Virus record (IMG/VR): IMGVR_UViG_3300046779_002349
Location: 64,001 to 128,000 of that record
DNA from: a virus
Strand: one strand, 5' to 3'
Length of the DNA stretch: 64,000 nt
The notes under the pieces are model-generated. The model saw only the letters and a list, made by a program, of their open reading frames with translations. It had not been told where the DNA came from and did not search any database. Position numbers and translations under genes: made by a program. This document shows, piece after piece, positions 28,782 through 38,065 of this stretch; position 1 is the first letter of the stretch; every line of letters starts with the position of its first letter.

Positions 28782-30199
28782 TTCAAAGGCATTACGTAAT
28801 TTGAACTAAGATGTTCTAAGGCAGATAAAGTAGCTCTAATATTATCTTCCATATGAGGTTGTTTTGCAATCAAATCTTCGGCTCTTTGTCTAATAGGATC
28901 CAAGCCTTTTATTTTTACAGCACCTGTAGCTTCACGGATAGCTTTCGCCTTATTCCCTGTTCCTTTAGTTGCGTGAAACTGAGTTCGGAGTTCGTCCAGA
29001 GCCGTAGTAGACCCAAGTATACGATTTTTTATTTCCTTTCCTCCCAATTTCTCTGACATCCGTAGCGGTAAATAAATGTTGCGATTGTACTTAGTTAAAT
29101 CTTTACTTCTCAAAGGTATTTGTACTACGTGACCTAGCTCATGCCTGCCCGAGAGAGAATTAGCCGGAGCATAGATTTCATTAAGATCCTTTCTTGCTCT
29201 TGCTTTATCTGTGAACCCGAGCTTTGGATCTTTCCATGATTGTTTACCAATCCATTTTCTGTATAACCAATTATCTAGGCTAGCAAAGAAAGAGCTTTTT
29301 TGAGGAGCTTTTCTCTTCGGTATGACCCTGCGTCCTTCTCTAATTTGTGCTAGGCTTGCGTCTCCAATTAATAACTTTTTTAACGGATTTATAGCATTGG
29401 TATCTACATTCCTAATACCTGCCAGCAAAGTGTCGTCAGAATTATACACTTCGCTTGCTGGACTGTTTCTCGCACTGTTTATTCTGGCATCTAATGTTTT
29501 CTGAATTTGCCTCAGTTCTCCTAATTGTTTTCCATACTCGTCATTAGCTCGTAATCCTTTATTTAGATTTCCGTGCATGGGTAGTTTAGCGGATTGTTCT
29601 GCTGTTCCTCTTAATATGCCGCCTCTTAATAGCTTAGTAAATTTATTAGCAGATTTCTTAATGAGCTTGCGTTCTCCATTGATAAGATTAAAGCGTTTAT
29701 CTGGTGTGGCTAACTTACCTTTAGAATTAGTTATAAAGCCACTCAGAGGAGACTTTAATGGCTTAGTTATAGTCACATACTTCCTATCCTCTTTAACGCC
29801 TTCTACGGGGCTTTTAGAGGCTTTTAGATCTTCTTCAGTACCATTGATGGTTGAGGATTTTGTGAAGTATTTTGGGAGTATGAAAGCAGACTTTTTTTCC
29901 ATACTCTTCTCAATTGCGTACTCTTGTTTGTAAGCATCTTCAGGAGAATCATGAGTACCTAATTTTCTTTTGCCATCTTTAGTCCACAAAATCCATTTAC
30001 CTGACTTTGGATCTTTTTCGATACGTGCTGATTTTTTAAGCTCGTCTCTAACCGTGGTATTACCTTTTTTGTGTTTCGGCGAGTAAGGGCAATTTGTGCA
30101 GCCAGAACCACAACAGGGTCTTTTCATAAGATCCTCTGCCGTTGGTTCTGATTTAGCTTGTTTTACAATTTCTTGTAGTTTAGCTAGGGAAAACTTCAT
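28778..30199 (-). CDS. modular putative polyprotein (Cys-cluster module plus HExxH module)
   Basis: RPCCGSGCTNCPY (DUF5522-like), KLGTHDS..A..QE.AI module and RHELGH; modules separated by KQA/KKSA. Confidence 0.6.
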   Translation of the reverse strand: MKFSLAKLQEIVKQAKSEPTAEDLMKRPCCGSGCTNCPYSPKHKKGNTTVRDELKKSARIEKDPKSGKWILWTKDGKRKLGTHDSPEDAYKQEYAIEKSMEKKSAFILPKYFTKSSTINGTEEDLKASKSPVEGVKEDRKYVTITKPLKSPLSGFITNSKGKLATPDKRFNLINGERKLIKKSANKFTKLLRGGILRGTAEQSAKLPMHGNLNKGLRANDEYGKQLGELRQIQKTLDARINSARNSPASEVYNSDDTLLAGIRNVDTNAINPLKKLLIGDASLAQIREGRRVIPKRKAPQKSSFFASLDNWLYRKWIGKQSWKDPKLGFTDKARARKDLNEIYAPANSLSGRHELGHVVQIPLRSKDLTKYNRNIYLPLRMSEKLGGKEIKNRILGSTTALDELRTQFHATKGTGNKAKAIREATGAVKIKGLDPIRQRAEDLIAKQPHMEDNIRATLSALEHLSSNYVMPLK

Positions 30200-30205
30200 T
30201 TGGAT

Positions 30206-30234
30206 ATTATAGCTAAAAAAAGAAATGTAATCAA
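30206..30234 (-). promoter_or_regulatory. sigma70-like promoter, leaderless geometry
   Basis: TTGATT-N17-TATAAT-N6-ATG. Confidence 0.7.
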
Positions 30235-30256
30235 TTGTTTACTTGCTTAAGCTATT

Positions 30257-32773
30257 TTATCTTTTTAGGGTCTCCATCAATTTACTAATACCGTCACTTA
30301 CTTTCGTGTCATTTATTTTATTCGCAGTAGGAAACAAACTAGAAAGTGATGCTGCTGACAACCCTAGTCCGGCGAGACCCTTGACCCCGCCTACTAAATT
30401 TTTAAGTCTTTTTTGACGGGAAAGTACAGGTAACAGAGCTTTTGTCATATTTGCCTTGGCATAATTATTAGCATGAAGCTGCCCTGCTCCTCTACGTAAT
30501 GCGGCAGAATAGTCGTCTTTATTAAGGCGTTCTAAGATATTAACTAATTGTCTTGGGGAGTTAATGGCTTTTACTCCTTGCTGGCGTAAGGCAAACTCTC
30601 TGTTGCCGCTATTCCACTCATCTAGCTTTACCATTTTGTGCTCGTCTAAAAATTCAGGATCTATATCTACTCCAAGGCGTTTAAGTCTGTCGAATATTCT
30701 TTTTTCTTTATCTTTTAATCTACTCCAATTAGTTTGAACACCCAGTACTGACTTGGAGCTTAGTGCTTCTAATGCCCCAGAAGTTCCTGTGGAAATATCG
30801 TGAAAGTCCGCTATATCAGGTAGCCCTATGTAAAGATCCTGAGGTAATTTTTCGAATAATAGTAGATTTTTATCTTTTTTAAGAGACCTAGAGATAGGAT
30901 TATTTTCATGATTTTTACCTAACATTCCTGCTATCTGGTATTTATCCGTTAACCCAGCTCTTCTTAATTCTCTTCGTAACTCCCTTATTCTGGAGCCCAC
31001 GTAATCGCCCCGACCAGACCCTGTTACAAAAATTAATTTTTTGTCTCCTAAATTTCTTAACAGTTGTTTCTGGTGATCGTTTAGATTTGGATTACGAAGA
31101 GCCTCATTAATTACATCCGTTTTAGTTTTTGTTTGAGAATCCTGCAAAATAGAAGTAGCTTTTTCTGTCAGTGTTGGCATTCCTCTATTGGACACATTTA
31201 TTCTATTAAATTGTCTATTAAAGTCTTGTTCCTTTCCGCCTTGTTTTAAGTTTCGCAGTAGGATATCTTCCGGTCCCCAGGTTATGAAGTTATCTTTAAT
31301 CCCTACTTTTTGGGCTAAACGTCTCAAAGGACCATCTATGTTTAATTTATATCCAAAATGCGGAGAACCTACCGTACCCACGTCTGTCATGTAACCTACA
31401 AAACCGCCAGGTGCCACTCTTGCCCGAGAATCTCTTCTCAATTGTCCTGGAGAATCTCCTTTGTCCCAATCCCATGGGCTAGTGGGGCCCATTCCTGCGT
31501 CAGCGAAAACATCGAATTTTTTTCTATATGATCGTTTGTCGTAATTATTAGAAGAATCTCTATATGCATCAACTATGTCAATATCTGCAAACTGTGGATT
31601 TTCTTTTTTAATGTCGATTAAGACATCTCGCATCGCTTGCCCTGGGTTTTTATGTCCATCGCCATGTCTTGCCAATTCGGACCAAGATACTCCGACTCTA
31701 AGTGGTCTGACTAAATCGTTTACCCCAGACCCTAAGCTCATTGCTCCGGCAGCTACTCCGGCAACTGCTGGTAATTCCTCTGTTACATTTGATTTTTTCT
31801 CTAATGTATCTTTTATTTCTTTTCCTCCAAATAACAAGCCCATTCCTGCAGAAGTATTCCTTGCAAAGGTTGTTGCTTTATTTAAATTAGGTATAATTAC
31901 GTCCGCTGCGTTTTCGTAATTCTGCGCATTTCCTCCACCAGAAGTTAATGGGCTAGAACCAGCGTATTTATTTCGCAAATCTCTAAAGTATTTACGCGCA
32001 TTAAGTGCATCCTCCTTCATACCGCGTCTTTGGAGATCCGTTAAGGCTTGTGCTATTTTGTCAGAAGGGTACTCTTTAATTATCTTCTCTGCTTCAGGAG
32101 AAACGTGCTTGTACAGATCTCCGTATAGGTTATACTTGTACAAGTCTTCTCTATCGGCAGTTTTAAACTTTCTATAATGATCTAATGTGTATTTAGCCGG
32201 AGGTTCTACATGTGCATCATCCCATGTTTTTTGCCATTTTTTATTATTGTTAGGGTCTATTCTAAATCTTAACTTTTCCAAGAATCCTACAGGTTCATTT
32301 CTTTTTTCTCTTCCTGCGATATCAAAAGCCTTATCGAGTTTAGTTCTGTATCTATTTTTAAGCAGACTACCTTTCACATACTTATCCAATGTAGTTACTG
32401 GGTTAAATTTATTCTCTTTTAAGGCCTCAAATAAAACGTTTCCATGGAGCCCCCTATAAGGGATTTCCATACCAAGAACTTTTGTTTTAATTAAATCTTG
32501 CCCTCCATCTGCATAAGCTTTAGCTGCGGCTATTCCTTGGGATAATGGAGTTTTTTGTGAAAAAGCTTTTGTTTTAACTGCTTGGTTAAACGCTCTAGTT
32601 TTTTCATGAAGTTTACTTAAATCTAGTTTCGCTTTATGACTAATTCCCGCCAAAGCACCAGAGGCCAAAAGTCCTATTAAATTTGTATAATTTTTGTCTT
32701 TATTCCCTGTTCTGACGTCATTGGACTTTTTTTCAAAGTAAAACCCAGGTAGTATGTAACTTAACTTACGCAT
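30257..32773 (-). CDS. leader-tagged two-module protein with C-terminal GT-B glycosyltransferase (MurG/MGDG-synthase-like)
   Basis: HGDGH, LIFVTGSGRG, GMLGKN and D..I.STG...LEAL motifs; EKKSN before both modules; flanking hydrophobic helices. Confidence 0.55.
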   Translation of the reverse strand: MRKLSYILPGFYFEKKSNDVRTGNKDKNYTNLIGLLASGALAGISHKAKLDLSKLHEKTRAFNQAVKTKAFSQKTPLSQGIAAAKAYADGGQDLIKTKVLGMEIPYRGLHGNVLFEALKENKFNPVTTLDKYVKGSLLKNRYRTKLDKAFDIAGREKRNEPVGFLEKLRFRIDPNNNKKWQKTWDDAHVEPPAKYTLDHYRKFKTADREDLYKYNLYGDLYKHVSPEAEKIIKEYPSDKIAQALTDLQRRGMKEDALNARKYFRDLRNKYAGSSPLTSGGGNAQNYENAADVIIPNLNKATTFARNTSAGMGLLFGGKEIKDTLEKKSNVTEELPAVAGVAAGAMSLGSGVNDLVRPLRVGVSWSELARHGDGHKNPGQAMRDVLIDIKKENPQFADIDIVDAYRDSSNNYDKRSYRKKFDVFADAGMGPTSPWDWDKGDSPGQLRRDSRARVAPGGFVGYMTDVGTVGSPHFGYKLNIDGPLRRLAQKVGIKDNFITWGPEDILLRNLKQGGKEQDFNRQFNRINVSNRGMPTLTEKATSILQDSQTKTKTDVINEALRNPNLNDHQKQLLRNLGDKKLIFVTGSGRGDYVGSRIRELRRELRRAGLTDKYQIAGMLGKNHENNPISRSLKKDKNLLLFEKLPQDLYIGLPDIADFHDISTGTSGALEALSSKSVLGVQTNWSRLKDKEKRIFDRLKRLGVDIDPEFLDEHKMVKLDEWNSGNREFALRQQGVKAINSPRQLVNILERLNKDDYSAALRRGAGQLHANNYAKANMTKALLPVLSRQKRLKNLVGGVKGLAGLGLSAASLSSLFPTANKINDTKVSDGISKLMETLKR

Positions 32774-32786
32774 AAACTAATAGCTC

Positions 32787-32815
32787 ATTATATCAATCCT
32801 AATAAATTAATGCAA
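32787..32815 (-). promoter_or_regulatory. sigma70-like promoter
   Basis: TTGCAT-N17-TATAAT, 13 nt before ATG. Confidence 0.65.
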
Positions 32816-32831
32816 TTGATTAATTTAACCC

Positions 32832-33557
32832 TTACAAATTAAGCATGTCTTTTAACTGCTTTGGTGTGTTAGCTACTTCTGAATTATTAAACCCGCCTTT
32901 ATGCTCTTTCCACTTGTACTCCAACGCTGGTGTTGCTGCTGCAGCCAAGTAAGTAGGAACTCCTATAAATGCTTTCAATGCAGACAACCTGGATCTGCCT
33001 AAGTTTCTAAGCATTTTATAACCTCTTGTCGAAGCGTCTAATTCACTACCCAATACTGTACCAAATCCTAATGTGCCTAGAATCGCTGAATTTGCTGAGT
33101 GTTCTTTATTATTCAGCATAGGAACACCAGTAGACCCTATAAGCCCAGCTAACATGCCTGCCCTATGTGCTTTTGTAATCATCGGGTATTTTCTCATACC
33201 CTCTTTATGTCCTAGTTCATGGGCTAATACTGGAGCTGATTTATCTTTAGGATTAATATTTATTTTCTGCGTATCCGGATAGAAAGCCGAAGCCGTACTT
33301 CTTTCGGAGATAAACTTCTTATCTGTGTTCTTTAAAGTCTCGTATCTAGTCGGATCTTTTTTATAATCTCTGCGGAGTAGTGGGCGCATTACCCCGCTGT
33401 GATAGCCCATGTTTAAGGCTGTTAAGGCCGCATTTGGTCCGAACAGAATTTCTGGTATCCCGTAATCGTTCTCGCCAGGTTTTGCCTTATCAAAATAATC
33501 TAGAACTCCTGATTGTTTGATCAGTACTGTAGGAACTAAACAACCAATAGTTTTCAT
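32832..33557 (-). CDS. leader-tagged membrane zinc metallopeptidase (zincin, YugP-like)
   Basis: VLAHELGH, hydrophobic hairpin, ELDASTRG and PTYLAAA. Confidence 0.7.
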   Translation of the reverse strand: MKTIGCLVPTVLIKQSGVLDYFDKAKPGENDYGIPEILFGPNAALTALNMGYHSGVMRPLLRRDYKKDPTRYETLKNTDKKFISERSTASAFYPDTQKININPKDKSAPVLAHELGHKEGMRKYPMITKAHRAGMLAGLIGSTGVPMLNNKEHSANSAILGTLGFGTVLGSELDASTRGYKMLRNLGRSRLSALKAFIGVPTYLAAAATPALEYKWKEHKGGFNNSEVANTPKQLKDMLNL

Positions 33558-33560
33558 TTA

Positions 33561-34193
33561 TTACTGAAGTTTATTTTGATTCTGCATTTGGTCTGCAATT
33601 TGCATCTGCTTTTCAATCAGATCAGCAACTGTGCTAGGAGCTAAACCTTTATTGTTTCTAAGATAATCCGTAACTATATCTGCTGCAAATCTCTGCTTAT
33701 CTTTAGTAAGTTCAGGAGTAGTGGTGTCGGAACTCCAACCAAGAGGAACTTGAGAAATTTTATCTTGAATCATTTCTCTATCCCCTGCTTTAGGAGATAG
33801 GGAGTAAATAACTTTGTCTCCCACTTTCATTTCTTTACCAGCGGTTTGCTGCGTAATTTTATCCATCGTTTCGTTGGTCAATCTGTTTCTTCTCATTGAG
33901 CCACCAGCATAACCAGCAGCTCCTCCTACTCCTGCACCAATCAAAGCGGCCATCAAAGCTCTTTTAATTTTGGATGTACGAGGTCTAGGAGAGTCGTTTA
34001 GAGAGTCGAATAAAGAAGTACCCAAATACGCACCACCCCCTGCTGCAAGTGCGCCTAGAGCTGCTCCTGCAAGCCCTGTCTGATTAGGGTTGTTTGGTTT
34101 AAAATCTTTTAGTGGAGTATCCATTACAGGGTCTACACTTGTATCGAAAGACTGCTTGATTAAATAAGTTGGAATTACGTTATGTACTTTCAT
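33561..34193 (-). CDS. leader-tagged protein with glycine-zipper helices
   Basis: MKVHNVIPTYLIKQS leader; GLAGAALGALAAGGG and ALIGAGVGGAAG. Confidence 0.55.
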   Translation of the reverse strand: MKVHNVIPTYLIKQSFDTSVDPVMDTPLKDFKPNNPNQTGLAGAALGALAAGGGAYLGTSLFDSLNDSPRPRTSKIKRALMAALIGAGVGGAAGYAGGSMRRNRLTNETMDKITQQTAGKEMKVGDKVIYSLSPKAGDREMIQDKISQVPLGWSSDTTTPELTKDKQRFAADIVTDYLRNNKGLAPSTVADLIEKQMQIADQMQNQNKLQ

Positions 34194-34215
34194 TAAATAA
34201 ATATGCTAATTATTA

Positions 34216-36465
34216 TCAGGGGGTTGCTACGGTACCTTTAACTTTCTCGTTCTTCTTAATCAAATCAAGCACAAGGTCACCCATGGATTTAAACTGAGAT
34301 TTCAATTTATTTTCCAGGATAGGCATGTCATCGGAGCCATAAAGTTTTTCAAAGTCTGCTGGTTTCCAATAGAGCAGGAAAAGAATTCTACCAAAATGGT
34401 CCAATCCTTTTTCTAGGCTAGGCAGGTAGTTTTCAATGAGTGCAGCAGAGTCATAGGTAGTAACAAGAGATCCTACCAGACCATGTTCAAATAGATTCGA
34501 TACTCTGCTTGTACCTGCCATTTGAGCAAGTTCTTCTGGAGATTTATCAAGAATGTCCTGATCTCTAAAACCTTTCTTCTCTGCCTCTTCCGAAAGCATT
34601 CCGTTTTGCACACCTTGGTTCAGATTCATACCATAACCCATATTGAGTACAGGTCTATTCAGTACAGTTCTTTCTGACTCGGCTACATGTGTTTGTTCTG
34701 GATCTGTTACTACGGCTAGAGAGCTATCGTAGTCTTTTTGGAAGTTTGGTCTGTCCGAGAAATATACAGCCGCTTTCTTCTCAAATCCAATATTGGGAAT
34801 AAGATAGAAATCTTTGCTGGAGCGGTTAGAAGCCAGTTTGATCATTCTCTCCGCATCGGTGAAAGAGATATTATAGAAACCAGCTATCTTGGTTTGACCC
34901 ATTAACATGTCGCCTTGAGAAGTGAACAAAGGTTTTTCATTCTCGTATACCTTGCACTCCTCAATCATGTCATCGACTTTGAGCGTAACTTTCTTAACTC
35001 CGCGCTTTTTCAAGTATTTCCACAAGTCTTCCATTTTTACATAATCACAATCAGGACACTCAAATGATTTATAATCCGATTCGTAATCTCTTTTAGTTTC
35101 CGTAAGAGGAAGAAAGATCGTATATTTACTAAAAATAGCTCTAGAGTTATCGCTCACATAATCTGGGCAATCATCTTCTTCGAGATCTTTGTTGATAGCT
35201 ACAGTAAAGTTCTGACCACCTTTGCTGGACTTGGCTTTATAGATATATACGTTATCTTTTTCTTTTACTTTTTCTACTACAGAGAATGGGCAACCAAATA
35301 CTTTTGTGGATGTATTAAACGGCACCACATACCCGCTAGTAGGTGGTAGATCTTTTCCTTCAATGGTGTCTTTGAGTAGTGAATTAAGATACTCTCCTGA
35401 GGTTTCTTTTTCTTTATCTACGCAAGCAACTAGGTTTCCACCACGGCAGTAATCAAGTTTTTTATACGTCTTGTTATAGCACATATCCACACCTGGAGGG
35501 CAGGTCGGAGTTCTGTAGCTAGTAGACCACGGCTCTACTCCGAAGGCTTCTTTTTGCGAGTAACCAAGAATAACATCCACTTCTTCACCAGTGTCAGTAA
35601 GTACTGTATGTTCTCCGGCTTCACTTGCCTCAGAAAAAGCTTCATTAACTTCGTCCATAACGTAGTTGAGCTCGTCTTCTTTGCGCATGTCCCAGAGCTG
35701 GTAGCCTTTTTGCGTGTACTCTTTGAGGTCTTCTTTTGCGAACTTAGTGAAGTCGATATCAAATACGATTTCAATATCTGGATTATTAGTTGGATTAGCT
35801 CTCTTTTCAATTTCTTCGGGGAATAGGGTTTCTTCGTCAATACTAGCAACAGCTTCGGCAAACTCAAAAGATTTTTCAATTGCTCCTGCGATCTTGGACA
35901 TCACAAATTCCGCATCTTTTTGTACAAGTGATTTAAGTCCAGAATCTACTGGAGTAATCGTAGTTTCGATACTATCAAAAGCTTCTTCCCAGGCTGCTTT
36001 CAAGTTGTCGTCAGCAGAAGCTCTTTTAAAAAGATTCTGTGGACTTGCAATAGTGCTTAGACGAGGGTTTTGAATCATTTGATCTGCTTTATCTCGACTC
36101 ATTGCTTCGCCTTCTTTAAGCTCAGTTTTATTAATCAAATGCTCTACCCAAGCTGGATCCAGGGGACGCATCATCTTGAGTTTATGCTCGTACATCATCT
36201 CCGTACCTTTGATGACTCCATTTGCGAAAATAACAGGAACAGAAACAAGGTTTTTCCCAATACGGAAAGCGTACATACCCGCCATTTTGGAGTTATCGTC
36301 ATTGGAGTAAACTACCTCAAATCCAATACGATAAGGATCTTCCATAAGTCTTCCTGCTCTAGCTGCCACTGCATTATAGGAAAGGTCGATAAATGCTTTC
36401 TCTAGATCAGCAGAAGTGTTTGCGGATTTTTTCAGTTGTTCGAAATCTTTAATCCAGTTGTACAT
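34216..36465 (-). CDS. large putative head structural protein
   Basis: Acidic, with about 8 K-x-A motifs; start at the second Met because the first ATG overlaps the -10 box. Confidence 0.5.
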   Translation of the reverse strand: MYNWIKDFEQLKKSANTSADLEKAFIDLSYNAVAARAGRLMEDPYRIGFEVVYSNDDNSKMAGMYAFRIGKNLVSVPVIFANGVIKGTEMMYEHKLKMMRPLDPAWVEHLINKTELKEGEAMSRDKADQMIQNPRLSTIASPQNLFKRASADDNLKAAWEEAFDSIETTITPVDSGLKSLVQKDAEFVMSKIAGAIEKSFEFAEAVASIDEETLFPEEIEKRANPTNNPDIEIVFDIDFTKFAKEDLKEYTQKGYQLWDMRKEDELNYVMDEVNEAFSEASEAGEHTVLTDTGEEVDVILGYSQKEAFGVEPWSTSYRTPTCPPGVDMCYNKTYKKLDYCRGGNLVACVDKEKETSGEYLNSLLKDTIEGKDLPPTSGYVVPFNTSTKVFGCPFSVVEKVKEKDNVYIYKAKSSKGGQNFTVAINKDLEEDDCPDYVSDNSRAIFSKYTIFLPLTETKRDYESDYKSFECPDCDYVKMEDLWKYLKKRGVKKVTLKVDDMIEECKVYENEKPLFTSQGDMLMGQTKIAGFYNISFTDAERMIKLASNRSSKDFYLIPNIGFEKKAAVYFSDRPNFQKDYDSSLAVVTDPEQTHVAESERTVLNRPVLNMGYGMNLNQGVQNGMLSEEAEKKGFRDQDILDKSPEELAQMAGTSRVSNLFEHGLVGSLVTTYDSAALIENYLPSLEKGLDHFGRILFLLYWKPADFEKLYGSDDMPILENKLKSQFKSMGDLVLDLIKKNEKVKGTVATP

Positions 36466-36475
36466 AATTTTATAC

Positions 36476-36504
36476 ATTATACATGAATCAATAGAGAAAA
36501 TCTA
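36476..36504 (-). promoter_or_regulatory. sigma70-like promoter
   Basis: TAGATT-N17-TATAAT directly after a terminator. Confidence 0.55.
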
Positions 36505-36507
36505 GAT

Positions 36508-36544
36508 AAAAAAAAGGAGAGCAGAATTTATCTACCCTCCCTTT
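36508..36544 (-). terminator. intrinsic terminator after rlpA
   Basis: Hairpin with G:U pairs plus T8 on the minus strand. Confidence 0.7.
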
Positions 36545-36547
36545 ATT

Positions 36548-37105
36548 TCATACTTTTGATAACTTCACCAGCATGATGGTGTTTAAACTCGAAGAAACTA
36601 GTATTGCTGCAAGTAACGCAATAGCCCAATTGAAAGGTTTTTTCTCTGGTGGGAGAATTTTAATCTCTTCATTTGGATTACGCATAGGCTTAGCTAAAAT
36701 AGCCACTTCTTTTTTAGGTTCTGGTTTCTTAGCAATAACTGGTGCGCTACTAACTCTCGTAACAGAAACTCTTTTTAGCCCCTGGTTCCAAGTAAGTCCA
36801 ATTTGCTTTGCTGCGGCTGGAGTAAGATCAATAATACGTCCTTTGATAAACGGACCTCTATCCGTGATCTTTACTACAACTGACTTTCCTGTTTTTAGGC
36901 AGGAGACTTTAACTTTACTTCCTAGAGGTAGTGTTTTATGCGCTGCGGTTAGAGCGTTATCATTAAGTCTAGAACCAGAAGCTGTTCTTGTACCTCCGTT
37001 AGTCTTTACAGAATAAATTGAGGCAACTCCAATCTCACCTGCGGCTAATTTATTTAGGCCTAAGGTAATTAGAAAAGCGATGATAAGTACGATTAGTTGT
37101 CTCAT
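36548..37105 (-). CDS. rlpA: RlpA-like lytic transglycosylase (DPBB) with N- and C-terminal hydrophobic helices
   Basis: [48 protein letters not shown]. Confidence 0.9.
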   Translation of the reverse strand: MRQLIVLIIAFLITLGLNKLAAGEIGVASIYSVKTNGGTRTASGSRLNDNALTAAHKTLPLGSKVKVSCLKTGKSVVVKITDRGPFIKGRIIDLTPAAAKQIGLTWNQGLKRVSVTRVSSAPVIAKKPEPKKEVAILAKPMRNPNEEIKILPPEKKPFNWAIALLAAILVSSSLNTIMLVKLSKV

Positions 37106-37293
37106 TTTTTGTTTGGGTTAGGAATTTCCATAAAATAAACATAATGGGTGTTTAACCCATCTTTCACTTCTAAAGCTCTTACTACTCTTCCGTCTTTCAA
37201 CTTATAGTAGAATTTTTCGGTGTAAATAGGTTCTGTTTGTTGTACACAGCTTACGCAGGTGATTGCTAGTAGTAGGGTGATGTATTTTTTCAT
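37102..37293 (-). CDS. small putative lipoprotein
   Basis: [16 protein letters not shown], lipobox-like signal. Confidence 0.5.
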   Translation of the reverse strand: MKKYITLLLAITCVSCVQQTEPIYTEKFYYKLKDGRVVRALEVKDGLNTHYVYFMEIPNPNKK

Positions 37294-37299
37294 TTTTGT

Positions 37300-37515
37300 T
37301 TATATGGTTATTTTAACTTTTGTGTGATTAACTTTCTTTGGTCTTTCATCTATGAGGGCCCCATTTGAATTTTCGTAGTAGATTACCTTACCATTAGCAT
37401 TGTATTCTGCTTTGCTCCAGTAACCACCTGCTTCTTCGTAGTAGGTTACATTGTCGTTAGCATCCTTAATAACATAAGGAAATTCTGTGATACCATTTTG
37501 CTGTGCTAGAGTCAT
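37300..37515 (-). CDS. MTLAQQ-family repeat protein (short)
   Basis: Constant ends and 21-aa G...YxE...GxWxKxEY units. Confidence 0.8.
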   Translation of the reverse strand: MTLAQQNGITEFPYVIKDANDNVTYYEEAGGYWSKAEYNANGKVIYYENSNGALIDERPKKVNHTKVKITI

Positions 37516-37790
37516 ATAGTTAATTGAACTTTTGTGTGATTAACTTTCTTTGGTCTTTTATCTATGATATCGCCAAATGAATCTTCGAAGTAGATTAAGT
37601 TTTCTTTTTCATCGTATTCTCTTTTGCGCCAGTAACCAAGTGAATTTTTGCAGTAGGTTTCATTACCTCTAGAATTGTATTCTGACTTGTACCAGTAACC
37701 GTCTGCATTCTCGAAGTAAATAATTCTTCCTTTTTCATCCTTAATAATATAAGGAAATTCTGTGATACCATTTTGCTGGGCTAGTGTCAT
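37512..37790 (-). CDS. MTLAQQ-family repeat protein
   Basis: Constant ends and 21-aa units. Confidence 0.8.
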   Translation of the reverse strand: MTLAQQNGITEFPYIIKDEKGRIIYFENADGYWYKSEYNSRGNETYCKNSLGYWRKREYDEKENLIYFEDSFGDIIDKRPKKVNHTKVQLTI

Positions 37791-38065
37791 ATAATTATTT
37801 TAACTTTTAGATGATTAACTTTCTTTGGTCTATTGTCTCGGATATACCCAGATGAATCTTCGAAGTAGATTACATTGTCGTTATAATCATATTCTCTTTT
37901 GCGCCAGTAACCATATGCATTTTCGCAGTATGTTTCCTTACCGCTAGCATCATATTCTACCTTGTACCAGAAACCATCTGCATTTTCGTAGTAAATACTT
38001 CTTCCTTTTTGATCTCGAATAATATAAGGAAATTCTGTGATACCATTTTGCTGTGCTAGAGTCAT
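37787..38065 (-). CDS. MTLAQQ-family repeat protein
   Basis: Constant ends and 21-aa units. Confidence 0.8.
   Translation of the reverse strand: MTLAQQNGITEFPYIIRDQKGRSIYYENADGFWYKVEYDASGKETYCENAYGYWRKREYDYNDNVIYFEDSSGYIRDNRPKKVNHLKVKIII

Noticed and set aside
34216-36465. Portal protein call
   Set aside because: Size fits, but no portal features were recognised and the many internal K-x-A motifs argue for a processed core protein.
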